Below the pieces are notes generated by a model. The model was not told the origin of the DNA, did not search any database, and saw nothing but the letters and a program-made list of their open reading frames with translations. From Octopus sinensis (taxonomy: Eukaryota): a DNA stretch of 64,000 nt. The position numbers were made by a program, and so were the translations under genes. The DNA lies in NCBI RefSeq assembly GCF_006345805.1, contig NW_021833068.1, positions 25,618 to 89,617 of the forward strand. The letters are read 5' to 3'. Numbering within the stretch: position 1 is the stretch's first letter; the number at the start of each line of letters is the position of its first letter. Shown here one piece after another: positions 13,586 to 28,522 of the stretch.

Positions 13586-15826
13586 CGCGCTGTAAAAAAA
13601 AAAGTTTCACAAATTATATACATTCGCGTTTGTGTAAAAAATTATTAACCAAGTTTATAAATTATTATTTGTTCAAAAATATTATTAATATTAATTAATT
13701 TTCAAGAATTATTTAATTTATATAATTAATTCATTAATTTTATTCTGTAAAATAGTAATTAATTCATTTATCTGTAAATCCGCGAGGAAAGCGACTATGT
13801 AATTTTTTTGTGTAAAATTGAAAATGTTATATATACACACCACACACACACACATATATATTTTTAGTGAAATCCAACACCTTTTTTTTTAGGGGGGGGG
13901 GGGTAACGCGCATGCGCGAATTCTGCACTGTGCATGCGCAAGTCACCTCGTAGGATCTCGAGTATCGAGCACCTACGTCTGGCGCGCGCGCGCGCGAATT
14001 CGCGTGTGAGAAACCGGGACCACGACAATAGACAAGTACCAATATTTATATATATATGTGTGTGTGTGTATATATGTTAAACTCCAGTGTTTGACTCGAG
14101 CAAAAAAAAATTGTGCAATAGGTGTAAAATAAAATGTAAAACGAATATGTAAAAAAAAAATACACTCTGGCGAACGAGGGGCGGTGGAGACGACTCGAAA
14201 AATTCACACGATCAATCTCACAGGATCCGAAAACTACATGTTGTTTTACACCTATTACACTTTTTGTTTTCATTTTTGGGACCGGTTGTCGAGTGGGGTT
14301 ACCGGATCGTGTGAATCATCCGAGTCCGCACCCCAGATATACACTGACACAAAACAGAAAATAAAAAGATGAACTTTGGGAAAATAACCGTGATGTGTGT
14401 CAGTATGTATGTGTGCGAAACCATCAAATTTTTAAAGTTTTTTCATGTTAAATTCCGATATAATCCTAATCTACACCATTTGAAAGGTGTTTATGGTGGA
14501 AAAAATATTAGGTGGAAAAAATCAACAGCATAATATAGTGAAATAGCAACATAATAACAATAACAACAATAATAATACAGTACAATGCAAAACATTATAG
14601 ATCAGCAAATACATATAAATGAAAAATATTGATTGACATCAGCAAAATCCAGAAGTGTACATGCATATAAGGGCATACAAGTCAGACTTTTGACGGTGAT
14701 ATATATTAAGTGGTAAGTTAGAAATGATTTAAGATTGAAAGCTCAATAGGATTGACTGGAACATTTGAATTTCAATTGTCTCCGTTACGGTTGGTTTATT
14801 AAGATACACTTACATACATACACACGTATATGTGCGCTTATACATATATACAAGATAAACCAAAAAGACAGAAAATACAAGCTTACATACACACATACAT
14901 ACATAACTACGTACGTATAGATCCATATATATATATATATATATATATATAAACAAATACATATACCCGAAAACAACCACGCACACATATATGTATATAT
15001 ACATACACATACATACTGTTAACTAAAATAGTATTAAGAATCATTAAAATTAAGATAATATTAATTGTTAATACAACGAAAGGGGTTGGAAGGGTAATTC
15101 GTAATATACAAAAAAGAGGGCCTAAAAGGGTAGAAAAAGGTAAGGGTTAATAAAAGGCAAAGGTTGGAAATATTGAGATAAAATTTATAAGAAGGGTATA
15201 AACTCAAAACACAGATTTACCATAACCAGTGTAAAGAAGATGTAGGTTATTTGCATAAGATACATAATTAAAAATTACACCACATATTCCGTAAACAATC
15301 AGAAGACTAGGAAACCGTCCAGATATCAACACTTGTAAATTTTATCTGAATATTTTCCAACAGTAATCAGACACAAGAACAGGAGTAAAGAGGGGGGACA
15401 ATCTATTAATGAACCCCTGGATATTACTGGTACAGATTTTGAGCCAGGAGTTGAACTTGGAACACAAACGGATCAAAGTAAGGGGATGATTCTGCATTTA
15501 GCCCAGGGCCAGGAGGAAAGAGGAAAATTTCAAGAGAAGGTGGGGGATGAGGTGTTTTACATGGAATGAAAGGAAGAAGGGAGAGGATTTGAACCTGTAA
15601 CGTTGAGGTAACGAAGGATGAGATGAAGTAAAGAATCCAGTCAGGTAACATCAACAACAATAATTATGAGGATTAATAATGAAGTTAGATTAGTGTCATT
15701 AGAGTGTGAGAGAGAGAGGTGAAGCATGACGACCCATGGTGGGATTATGACATGAATGACTCGAAACAAGAAAAACAAAGATTAAAGAAAACAGATTTGG
15801 ATAATCCAAATCCATTGGGGACTTAC

Positions 15827-16088
15827 TTTTGAACTGCCAGATGGAGAGGGGTGTCACCCTCTTCGTCCACCTTATTGGATTGATGCCATTTTGTTGCTGG
15901 AGAAAATCAACAACAACTTCCTTGTGTCGATGAGCAGAGGCAAGTTGTTGTAGAGGGGTGGAACCTTGCTTGGTCTCAGCTTTAACATCCGTGCCATTCT
16001 GTTGCAGGAGAAGTTCAACAACGTCCTTGCTTCCATAGCGACAGGCAAAATGGAGAGCTGTCCAGCCCAATTCATTTTGCTGATTAAC
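15827..16088 (-). CDS. Ankyrin exon A2 (short type), frameshifted as assembled
   Basis: Splice sites are intact. It is 262 nt versus 257 nt in A4: two 3-nt slippage duplications and a 1-nt deletion. Confidence 0.7.
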
Positions 16089-16825
16089 CTAAATAAGATA
16101 AACAATAAAGACATTAAAGATGGTGTTTATTGGGAGAAGAAGGAAAAAAATGAAAAATGTCAGAAAAACAGAATCAGATTAATTTAAACAGGTGGAATGA
16201 AGGTTGGGGAAAATAAATGAGATTTATAATGTATCTATACACACACACATATGTGTATGCATATATATATATATACACTCTCGCACATACATATATACAT
16301 ACGTGTTTTATATCTTCACGGATCATTTTTTTATGCATTTTTATGTATATATGCGTTTATGTGTGTGTATATTTGTGTATGTATGTACAGGTCTGTGTGA
16401 GCTGAAGAAAGTTTTTAATTAAAAAAATATAAACTGTTTCGAGAAACTGGCGAACAAATAATTTCAGTTTTGTGAGACCAACTCCGAAAGATCACCCGTT
16501 TTTTTCCAATGAAATTTAACAGAAATCCACCCTTTTCAATGTTGTAGCAGCAAGAATTATGTGTGGATTGTGGGAAAGAAAGTGGAAAAGTGTGTGTTGA
16601 GGGTGGAAGGGTATTGATCTGCAACTCATCAAAGATATTTCATTACCATAATCATTATCTATAAACAAGGAAATGAGCAACTTTTATTTAAAAAATTAAA
16701 TCGTCAATAATGAAGAAACAGATTTGGGGCACTAAACTGTATGTATACATCATATACATAAAACACAAACCAACATACATAACTTTATACACACACACAC
16801 ACATATATATAATATATTCGCTGAC

Positions 16826-16980
16826 CTGTAAATTGTTATTTTCTTTGCTATTAACAGGACTTTGACTACATCTTCATATTATTCTTCACAGCCAGATGTA
16901 GAGGTGTGTTGCCCCCTGAGTCCTGCTTATTAACATTTCCTCCACTGGAGACTAAGAAGGCCACAACATCAATTTTGTGC
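16826..16980 (-). CDS. Ankyrin exon B2, frameshifted as assembled
   Basis: 155 nt versus 157 nt. Two single-T losses in T-runs relative to B4, otherwise matching B4. Confidence 0.7.
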
Positions 16981-18074
16981 CTGAAAGGAGAAAAAAAAAC
17001 AATGAAACATCACATTCACTTAATAATTACATCAAATATACACTCGTTTCCATTAAATGCATAAAACCTATGCATACTACAGCCTCGTGTGTTTGTATAT
17101 ATAATTATATATGCAAATATGTATGTATGTAGAGGCAAACCTACACAAATGTGCCCCAGGCGAATGTTTCCTTGTAACTTCTAGAAAAATGGATGTTTTT
17201 CAATGAAATTTCTTTCACAAATATCATTCAAATGGCAAATATTCCAATTATATCGGAATTGGTTGTGAGAAAAACCTTTTCGGTGGGTGGAGAGAGAAAT
17301 TTAGGAAAGTTCACCCGAGTCGGCTTTCTTTCCCAAAAAAATAGATATTTTCAATAAAACCGTTTCAGATGGTGAAGATTTCGATTATATCGGAATTTAA
17401 TATGAAGAAAATTATAAAAATTGGGGATTCGCACAGATATACACTGACACAAAACAGAAAATAAAAAGATGAACTTTGGGAAATAACCGTGATGTGTGTC
17501 AGTATGTATGTGTGCGAAACTATCAAATTGTTAAAGTTTTTTCATGTTTAAATTCCGATATATCCTAATCTACACCATTTGAAAGGTGTATTAGTTAGGT
17601 GGAAATATTAGGTGGAAAAATATTAGGTGGAAAAATATTAGGTGGAAAAAAATCAACAGCATAATATAGTGAAATAGCCACATAATAACAATAACAACAA
17701 TAATAATACAGTACAATGCAAAAACATTATAGATCAGCAAATACATATAAAATGAAAAATATTGATTGACATCATAGCAAAATCCAGAAGTGTACATGCA
17801 TATAAAGGCATACAAGTCAGACTTTGACGGTGATATATATAAGTGGTAAGTTTAGAAATGATTTAAGATTGAAAGCTCAATAGGATTGACTGGAACATTT
17901 GAATTTCAATGTCTCCGTTACGGTTGGTTTATTAAGATACACTTACATACATACACACGTATATAGCGCTTATATATATATACATAGATAAACCAAAAAA
18001 ACAGAGAAAATACAAGCTTACATACACATACATACATAACTACGTACGTATAGATCAATAGATATATATATATA

Positions 18075-18113
<39 letters not shown>

Positions 18114-18121
18114 TATATATA

Positions 18122-21100
18122 GGAAGTAGAACTAAAAGGAAGTAGAACTAAAAGAAGGACTGGAAGAGCTAAAGGAAAAGAAAAAGCTCAAGCAGGACCA
18201 AAGAGTGAAAACAACAGAAATAGAAGTGGATCCGCAAAGGATGGAACCAAACAGCGCACACGGGTGTGTATGTTCTACCTGAGAGGTTCCTGCTGGCATG
18301 GAAAGGAAGGTGCAGGCTGCCGCTTTGCACATCGGGGACCTCGCCACAGAGACACGAGGCAGATGGACAAACCATCAACACAAAGAAAAGGGATGGACCA
18401 CGCACCACCTGCCCCAAAGCGGAGGGGTACGCATGTTGTGCGCGCCACAAAACAGCCAACATGATGTTGTCGAAAGAGCAGCTGCTGAGCAACAATCATT
18501 TTTGTGCATGGCACAAAAGATTGTACAGCAGCTGACCTGGCTTCATCAAACCCAAGCCCGCAGGTGGGACTACCCACTATATACCAGACCACCACAGCAA
18601 ACAGACACAGGATGGACACCGCCGGCAACAACGTACACCTCACCTCGATACTCCCACTGAACATCAGAGGACTGCAAACACTCAGTAACAGGACAAAGAT
18701 CCCGTTCCTGAGAGACTTTGTTGCATGCAATCAAGCCTTATGCATAGCACTTACAGAAACGCACCTGAAACCGGACATAGCAGATGCGGAGTTACACATA
18801 CCACAGTATGCTGTACTACGGACCGACAGGAAAGAAAGGAGTCATGGAGGTGTTGCTATGTACATCCGTGAGGACCTCACACCCCAGGTCCTCTTGTCAT
18901 ACTCAAACTCGGTGTGTGACACACTAATTGACACACTATTAGGCAACTTGATGTAGTTGTGTGTGCTACATATCGCCCTCCAGATGCCCCAAGCCATGTG
19001 GGCAAGTTTGAAGACTGCCTTATAAAAATAGAAGAAATTCTAACCACATTAGAACAACACATAGGTGTGCTTCTTATGGGAGACTTCAATCTGCCCAATG
19101 TCAGATGGCCCGAGGGCCTTTCTCTCCCAGGAATGACAAGTTGTGAACGAGGACAGGCGAGGTCCCTCCTGAACCTCATCAACACCCTGTACATGGAGCA
19201 GGTAATACTCCAACCAACCAGGGCAGGTAACACACTGGATCTCTGCTTCACAAATGACATGGATCTCATCCATAATGTGAAAGTGACACCGACAATACTC
19301 TCGGATCACAACATGATAGAGCTGACCATGTACGGGCCAAAAGAGAGCACGGACATGCAGCCTACAAGAAACCCTCAAAATCTTTCCAGCTTGAACTACC
19401 ATAAGGCAAACTGGAAACAAATTGAGAAAGAGATCCTCAAACAAAACTGGCCTGAATGTCTCTCCTCGCCAGACATCGACATGAAACTTCAACAATTCAT
19501 GTCTGTAATGCAAGCCATATGCTACAAATGTGTCCCAGAGAGAAAGGCCACTGTACACAAGAACAAAATCCCCAGAGAGAGGAAAATTTTAATGAGACGG
19601 CGTACGAAATTTTCAAATCGCCTAAACAAAACAGATTGAAAGCATGAAAAAGTCCCGCCTAAAAATAAAACTGTTGGAAATCGAAAAATGTCTGCAACTC
19701 TCCCATGAAAAAGAAAGAGCGACAAAGAAGCCTGGGCTATAGAAAACACATAAATCTAACCCAGAGCTTTCTACAGGTATGCCAAAGAAACAGCTACAGT
19801 GCACTGTAGAATAGGGCCACTCCGCGAAAAGGATGGCACACTTACAGGAAAACCAATGAGGGTAAGTGAAATACTGAATGAGCAATTCAAGAGTGTTTTC
19901 ACTCCACCCCTTGGGCATCTCCAAATCACAAATCCAACTGACTTTTTTACCACTGCAGATATAAAATCAGAGGCGGCGACGATAGATTACATCGATATAA
20001 AGGAAGACGATGTAACCAAGGCTATAGATGAAATGAAAACAGACTCAGCTACTGGCCCCGATGGATTCCCGGCATCCTCCTAAAAGCATGTAAGAGAGTC
20101 CTAGCAAGACCACTGCAGTTCCTCTTTCAGAGCTTCCTTGCAGCTGGCAAACTTCCAGGAAACTGAAGGAAGGTAAAATATCCCATTCATAAAGGAGGTA
20201 GCAGAGCGGAAGCCAAGAACTATAGACCTATCTCTCTGACCTCACACATCAGCAAGGTCATGGAACGAATAGTCAGAAGGAAGCTGATCACCTTCCTTGA
20301 AGAAAATGACTTGCTGCCCGACACCCAACATGGTTTCCGACCAGGGAGAAGAAGCTGTTAAACTCAGCTCCTACAACACTATGACTGGGTGCTGAAACGG
20401 CTGCTCAACCACTCAAATGTGGAAGTGATATATCTCGATTTGCAAAGGCCTTTGATAAAGTCGATCATGGAATGATATGTCACAAACTGCGTGATCTCAA
20501 CATAGTTGGGAAAACTGGGAGAATGGCTTCATGACTTTCTGAAGGATAGAAGTCAGGTAGGTAGTAGCCAATGGGGCCACCTCCATTAACACACAAATAG
20601 TGAGCGGTGTTCCGCAGGGCACTGTTCTGGGACCACTACTGTTCATAATGGCCCTCTCAGAACCCTCAGCCACGCAGAGAGCCACGATCACAAGTTATGC
20701 AGATGATACAAAAGTTTCACAGGCAATACAGAACCCTGAGGACACTAAACACCTGCAATGTGAGCTAGACGAAATATAGAAGTGGGCTGAAAAGAATAGC
20801 ATGCAGTTCAATGCTGGAAAGTTTCAAGCTTTATACTATCAGCATGCAAAAACTGAATGCAATACCAATGAATACACTGGACCCGGAGGGATTGCAATCC
20901 CAGAGGCACAATCAGTGCGTGACCTGGGTATTCACATGAGTGATGACGCGACCTTTCATGTACATGTTGCTAAACTGGCAATGAAATGTAGACGGCTGGC
21001 TGGATGGATTCTTAGAACCTTTAGAAACAAGAGAACAAAAAAACCATGATGGTCCTCTGGAAGACACTTGTCCTAAGCCACTTTGACTATCGCTCTCAGC

Positions 21101-21695
21101 TATGGTCACCATCCAGTGTCAAGTTGATCACAGAACTTGAGGCGATCCAACGAAGCTACACAAAGAAGATAGCCTCTATGCAGAATGTAAGCTACTGGGA
21201 AAGACTCAAGAGATTAAAATTATATTCTCTGGAGCGTAGGCGGGAAAGATATGCCATAATATACATCTGGAAGATCCTGGAGGGAACTGTCCTGAACTTT
21301 GGCATCGAGAGTTACGCAAATGCCAGAACTGGGCGCCACTGCGTGGTGCCAAGGACTCCAAACCTGCCATCAAGATGTAGGACAAGATTCTGTGATAGCC
21401 TGGGCTTCCGAGGCCCACAGCTCTTCAATATCCTCCCGAAGAACCTGAGAGACCTGCATGGGGTGGATACAGATGTCTTTAAAATGAAGGGATCTCTTCC
21501 TGTCAGGTGTCCCAGATGAACCAACTTCACGGCAGGAGGGGCAGATGAGGGCAGCTGCATCGAACTCTCTCATGCACCAAATAGCAGTTGCTAGAAAGCC
21601 TCCATGAAGTGAACCAAGTAGCAACACCAAATGGCGGTGCCCCAGCATGGCCACAGCTCATGAGCTGAAATGGAATCAATCAATCAATCAATCAA
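18122..21695 (+). mobile_element. CR1-clade LINE copy 1 (5'-truncated; ORF1 tail, APE and RT), many indels
   Basis: LNIRGL, TETHL, GDFNLP and SDHN endonuclease motifs, RT segments matching copy 2, and an (ATCA)n tail. Inserted in a (TA)n tract. Confidence 0.92.
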
Positions 21696-22494
21696 TATAT
21701 ATAATATATATATATGTATATATATTATATAAACAAATACATATACCCGAAAACAACCACGCACACATATATGTATATATATACATACACATACATACTG
21801 TTAACTAAAATAGTATTAAGAATCATTAAAATTAAGATAATATTAATTGTTAATACAACGAAAGGGGTTGGAAGGGTAATTCGTAATATACAAAAAGAGG
21901 GGCCTAAAAGGGTAGTAGAAAAAGGTAAGGGTTAATAAAAGGCAAAGGTTGGGAAATATTGAGATAAAATTTATAAGAAGGGTATAAACTCAAAACCCAG
22001 ATTTACCATAACCAGTGTAAAGAAGATGTAGGTTATTTGCATAAGATACATAATTAAAAATTACACCACATATTCCGTAAACAATCAGAAGACTAGGAAA
22101 CCGTCCAGATATCAACACTTGTAAATTTTATCTGAATATTTTCCAACAGTAATCAGACACAAGAACAGGAGTAAAGAGGGGGGACAATCTATTAAATGAA
22201 CCCCTGGATATTACTGGTACAGATTTTGACCCCAGGAGTTGAACTTGGAACACAAACGGATCAAAGTAAGGGGATGATTCTGCATTTAGCCCAGGGCCAG
22301 AGGAAAGAGGAAAATTTCAAGAGAAGGTGGGGGGGTGAGGTGTTTTACATGGAATGAAAGGAAGAAGGGAGAGGATTTGAACCTGTAACGTTGAGGTAAC
22401 GAAGGATGAGATGAAGTAAAGAATCCAGTCAGGTAACAACAACAACAACAATAATTATGATGATTAATTAATGAAGTTAGATTACAGTGTCATT

Positions 22495-22542
<48 letters not shown>

Positions 22543-22646
22543 GAAGCATGACGACCCATGGTGGGATTATGACATGAATGACTCGAAACAAGAAAACAAA
22601 GATTAAAGAAACAGATTTGGATAATCCAAATCCATTGGGGACTTAC

Positions 22647-23311
22647 TTTCGAACTGCCAGATGGAGAGGGGTGTCACCCTTGAGGTTCACCTTATTGACA
22701 TCCATGCCTTTCTGTTTCAGGAGAAAATCAACAACTTCCGTGCGTCCATGAGAAGAGGCAAGATGTAGAGGGGTGTAACCATGGTTGGTCACAGCATTAA
22801 CATCCGTGCCATTCTGTTGCAGGAGAAGTTCAACAACATCCTTGCTTCCATAGCGACAGGCAAGATGGAGAGCTGTCCAACCATGTTCCCTCACAGCCTT
22901 AACATCCGTGTCTTTATGTTGCAGGAGAAGTTCAACAACGTCCTTGCTTCTATAGCGACAGGCAAGATGGAGAGCTGTCGAACCATCTTCCATCACAGCC
23001 TTAACATCCGTGTCTTTATGTTGCAGGAGAAGTTCAACAACGTCCTTGCTTCCATAGCGACAGGCAAGATGGAGAGCTGTCCAACCATCTTCCATCACAG
23101 CCTTAACATCCGTGTCTTTATGTTGCAGGAGAAGTTCAACAACGTCCTTGCTTCCATAGCGACAGGCAAGATGGAGAGCTGTCGAACCATCTTCCATCAC
23201 AGCCTTAACATCCGTGTCTTTATGTTGCAGGAGAAGTTCCACAACGTCCTTGCTTCCATATTGACAGGCAACATGGAGAGCTGTTGCACTAAAATTATTT
23301 TTCTGATTAAC
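22647..23311 (-). CDS. Ankyrin exon A3 (665 nt = 257 + 4x102)
   Basis: Open frame with intact AG/GT, phase 0 to 2. Confidence 0.92.
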
Positions 23312-23766
23312 CTAAAAAAGATAAACAATAAAGACATTAAAGATGGTGTTTATTGGGGGAGAAGGAAAAAAAATGAAAAATGTCAGAGAAACAGAATCAG
23401 ATAAATTTAAACAGGTGGAATGAAGGTTGGGGGAAAATAAATGAGATTTATAATGTATCTATACACACACACATATGTGTATGCATATATATATATATAT
23501 ATACACTCTCGCACATACATATATACATAAATACCTATATATACATACGTGTTTTATATCTTCACGGATCATTTGTTTATGCATTTTTGTGTATATATGC
23601 GTTTATGTGTGTGTATATTTGTGTATGTATGTACAGGTCTGTGTGAGCTGAAGAAAAGTTTTTAATTAAAAACATATAAATATAAACTGTTTCAAATACA
23701 TAAAACACAAACCAACATACATATCATTATACACACACACACACATATATATATATATTCGCTGAC

Positions 23767-23923
23767 CTGTAAATTGTTATTTTCTTTGCTATTTAACAGG
23801 ACTTTGACTACATCTTCATAGTTATTCCACACAGCCAGATGTAGAGGTGTGTCGCCCCATGAGTCCTGCTTATTAACATTTGCTCCACTGGAGACTAAGA
23901 AGGCCACAGAATCCGTTCGGTGG
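23767..23923 (-). CDS. Ankyrin exon B3: HRTDSVAFLVSSGANVNKQDSWGDTPLHLAVWNNYEDVVKVLLNSKENNNLQ
   Basis: 157 nt, same splice contexts as B1. Confidence 0.9.
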
Positions 23924-24030
23924 CTGAAAGGAAGAAAAACAAACATAAAACATCACATTCACTTAATAATTACATTAAATATACACTCGTGTTCCATTAA
24001 ATGCATAAAAACCTATGTATACTACAGCCT

Positions 24031-24076
<46 letters not shown>

Positions 24077-24937
24077 CAAATATGTATGTATGTAGAGGCA
24101 AACCCACACAAATGTGCCCCAGGCGAATGTTTCCTTGTAACTTCTAGAAAAATGGATGTTTTTCAATGAAATTTCTTTCACAAATATCCTTCAGATGGCA
24201 AATATTCCAATTATATCGGAATTTGTTGTAAGAAAAACCTTTTCGGTGGGTGGAGAGAGAAATTTAGGAAAGTTCACCCGAGTCGGCTTTCTTTCCAAAA
24301 AAATAGATATTTTCAATGAAATTTCAATAAAACCGTTTCGGATGGTGAAGATTTCGATTATATCGGAATTTAATATGAAGAAAATTATAAAAATTGGTGG
24401 ATTCGCACAGATATACACTGACACAAAACAGAAAATAAAAAGATGAACTTGGGAAAATAACCGTGATGTGTGTCAGTATGTGTGTGTGAAACCATCAAAT
24501 TTTTAAAGTTCTTTCATGTTAAATTCCGATATAATCCTAATCTACACCATTTGAAAGGGATTTGTAGAAATTTTCACAGAAACAAAATATCCACTTTTCT
24601 GAAAGTTATAGAAAAACAAAACGGATTTGGGTGAATTTTGAGAAAGTCAACTCCTCAACGTTTGAAAATTTGTTTTTACAACAATTTCCGATATAATTGG
24701 AATCTTCATCATCTGAAGCATTTTTGTCAAAGAAATTTCATTAAAAAATATCAATTTGTCTCAAAGTTATAAGGAAACAAATTCGTCGTGGGGCCCAGTT
24801 GTGTACGTATGCCTATACATATGCACGCATATATATATTTATAGGATCTCGAGTATCGAGTACCTACGTCTGGCTAGCGCGCACGCGCGAATCCGGGACC
24901 GCTCTGCGATAATGTCAAAGTCAATAATATTATACAG

Positions 24938-24995
<58 letters not shown>

Positions 24996-25557
24996 ATGCA
25001 TGTATGTGTATGTATGTATATATATATGTATGTATATAGAGAGACAGACAGACAGAGAAATATGAGCCACTGAAATACGTATAATCGTTAATACACAGTA
25101 GACAAATGTGTACGTGTGTGTGTATACTCATATTAATAGGTGAGGGTATAAAGTATAAATATTTTTATCCCAGCGAGTGTACAATAGAAAACAAGGATTA
25201 AGTACCGTTGTTAGTATCTATATATTTGGTATACATTGAAAAATGTATTGTAATCCTTTTGCGAAAGATGGAATGTCTGAAAATTATAGACAAACTAATT
25301 GATAGCAGATTTCTCATCAATCTAAAAATCAACAACAACAGCAGCACGTCGTAATTGGCGGGAAAACTACGTCTGCAAATGTAATGTTGTCATAGCAACA
25401 GACTATGCAAGAGAAAGTTTGCTGTTAAGGGCAACGAGGCGTATTTTTACCGCCAAAAGAAACAGTTAAGTATGGCGGTCATATAACACACGTAAATGAA
25501 TATATAAACACACAAATATTTATTATATATATGTGTGTGTGTATACAAATATATATT

Positions 25558-25592
<35 letters not shown>

Positions 25593-26450
25593 ATGTTAAA
25601 CTCCAGTGTTTGACTCGAGCAAAAAAAAATTGTGCAATAGGTGTAAAATAAAATGTATTAAACAAATATGTAAAAAAAAAATACACTCTGGCGAACGAGG
25701 GGCGGTGGAGACGACTCGGAAAATTCACACGATCAATCTCACAGGATCCGAAAACTACATGTTGTTTTATACCTGTTACACTTTTTGTTTTCATTTTTGG
25801 GACCGGTTGTCGAGTGGGGTTACCGGATCGTGTGAATCATCCGAGTCCGCACCCCAGATATACACTGACACAAAACAGAAAATAAAAAGATGAACTTTGG
25901 GAAAATAACCGTGATGTGTGTCAGTATGTATGTGTGCGAAACCATCAAATTTTTAAAGTTTTTTCATGTTAAATTCCGATATAATCCTAATCTACACCAT
26001 TTGAAAGGTGTATTAGGTGGAAAAAATATTAGGTGGAAAAAAAATCAACAGCATAATATAGTGAAATAGCAACATAATAACAATAACGAACAATAATAAT
26101 ACAGTACAATGCAAAACATTATAGATCAGCAAATACATATAAAATGAAAAATATTGATTGACATCAGCAAAATCCAGAAGTGTACATGCATATAAAGGCA
26201 TACAAGTCAGACTTTTGACGGTGATATATATTAAGTGGTAAGTTTAGAAATGATTTAAGATTGAAAGCTCAATAGGATTGACTGGAACATTTGAATTTCA
26301 ATTGTCTCCGTTACGGTTGGTTTATTAAGATACACTTACATACATACACACGTATATGTGCGCTTATACATATATACATAGATAAACCAAAAAAAACAGA
26401 AAATACAAGCTTACATACACACATACATACATAACTACGTACGTATAGAT

Positions 26451-26492
<42 letters not shown>

Positions 26493-27369
26493 CAAATACA
26501 TATACCCGAAAACAACCACGCACACATATATGTATATATATACATACACATACATACTGTTAACTAAAATTGTATTAAGAATCATTAAAATTAAGATAAT
26601 ATTAATTGTTAATACAACGAAAGGGGTTGGAAGGGTAATTCGTAATATACAAAAAAGAGGGGCCTAAAAGTGTAGAAAAAGGTAAGGGTTAATAAAAGGC
26701 AAAGGTTGGGAAATATTGAGATAAAATTTATAAGAAGGGTATAAACTCAAAACACAGATTTACCATAACCAGTGTAAAGAAGATGTAGGTTATTTGCATA
26801 AGATACATAATTAAAAATTACACCACATATTCCGTAAACAATCAGAAGACTAGGAAACCGTCCAGATATCAACACTTGTAAATTTTATCTGAATATTTTC
26901 CAACAGTAATCAGACACAAGAACAGGAGTAAAGAGGGGGGACAATCTATTAAATGAACCCCTGGATATTACTGGTACAGATTTTGACCCCAGGAGTTGAA
27001 CTTGGAACACAAACGGATCAAAGTAAGGGGATGATTCTGCATTTAGCCCAGGGCCAGAGGAAAGAGGAAAATTTCAAGAGAAGGTGGGGGATGAGGTGTT
27101 TTACATGGAATGAAAGGAAGAAGGGAGAGGATTTGAACCTGTAACGTTGAGGTAACGAAGGATGAGATGAAGTAAAGAATCCAGTCAGGTAACATCCACA
27201 ACAATAATTATGAGGATTAATTAATGAAGTTAGATTAGTGTCATTAGAGTGTGAGAGAGAGAGGTGAAGCATGACGACCCATGGTGGGATTATGACATGA
27301 ATGACTCGAAACAAGAAAACAAACATTAAAGAAACAGATTTGGATAATCCAAATCCATTGGGGACTTAC

Positions 27370-27626
27370 TTTTGAACTGCCAGATGGAGAGGGGTGTCAC
27401 CCTCTTCGTCCACCTTATTGGCATTGATGCCATTCTGTTGCTGGAGAAAATCAACAACTTCCTTGTGTCGATGAGCAGAGGCAAGTTGTAGAGGGGTGGA
27501 ACCTTGCTTGGTCTCAGCTTTAACATCCGTGCCATTCTGTTGCAGGAGAAGTTCAACAACGTCCTTGCTTCCATAGCGACAGGCAAAATGGAGAGCTGTC
27601 CAGCCCAATTCATTTTGCTGATTAAC
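27370..27626 (-). CDS. Ankyrin exon A4 (short type, 257 nt)
   Basis: Open frame VNQQNELGWTALHFACRYG...GDTPLHLAVQ, phase 0 to 2. Confidence 0.9.
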
Positions 27627-28365
27627 CTAAATAAGATAAACAATAAAGACATTAAAGATGGTGTTTATTGGGAGAAGAAGGAAAAAAATGAAAAATGTCA
27701 GAAAAACAGAATCAGATTAATTTAAACAGGTGGAATGAAGGTGGGGGGAAAATAAATGAGATTTATAATGTATCTATACACACACACATATGTGTATGCA
27801 TATATATATATATACACTCTCGCACATACATATATACATACGTGTTTTATATCTTCACGGATCATTTGTTTATGCATTTTTGTGTATATATGCGTTTATG
27901 TGTGTGTATATTTGTGTATGTATGTACAGGTCTGTGTGAGCTGAAGAAAAGTTTTTAATTAAAAAAATATAAACTGTTTCGAGAAACTGGCGAACAAATA
28001 ATTTCAGTTTTGTGAGACCAACTCCGAAAGATCACCCGTTTTTTTTCCAATGAAATTTAACAGAAATCCACCCTTTTCAATGTTGTAGCAAAGAATTATG
28101 TGTGGATTGTGGGAAAGAAAGTGGAAAAGTGTGTGTTGAGGGTGGAAGGGTATTGATCTGCAACTCATCAAAGATATTTCATTACCATAATCATTATCTA
28201 TAAACAAGGAAATGAGCAACTTTTATTTAAAAAATATAAATCGTCAATAATGAAGAAACAAGATTTGGGGCACTAAACTGTATGTATACATCATATACAT
28301 AAAACACAAACCAACATACATAACTTTATACACACACACACATATATATATATATATTCGCTGAC

Positions 28366-28522
28366 CTGTAAATTGTTATTTTCTTTGCTATTTAACAGGA
28401 CTTTGACTACATCTTCATATTTATTCTTCACAGCCAGATGTAGAGGTGTGTTGCCCCCTGAGTCCTGCTTATTAACATTTCCTCCACTGGAGACTAAGAA
28501 GGCCACAACATCAATTTTGTGC
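28366..28522 (-). CDS. Ankyrin exon B4: HKIDVVAFLVSSGGNVNKQDSGGNTPLHLAVKNKYEDVVKVLLNSKENNNLQ
   Basis: 157 nt with intact splice sites. Confidence 0.9.

Larger units (their letters stand above)
11611..14040. mobile_element. Composite non-autonomous inverted-repeat element with an internal long palindrome and nested SINE/LINE-tail copies
   Basis: GGTACTTGTCTATTGTCGTGGTCCCGGTT at 11611 is the exact reverse complement of 14012-14040. Inner inverted arms are about 11664-12115 and 12384-12837. The element is absent from the sister copies near 25110 and 36740. Confidence 0.7.
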
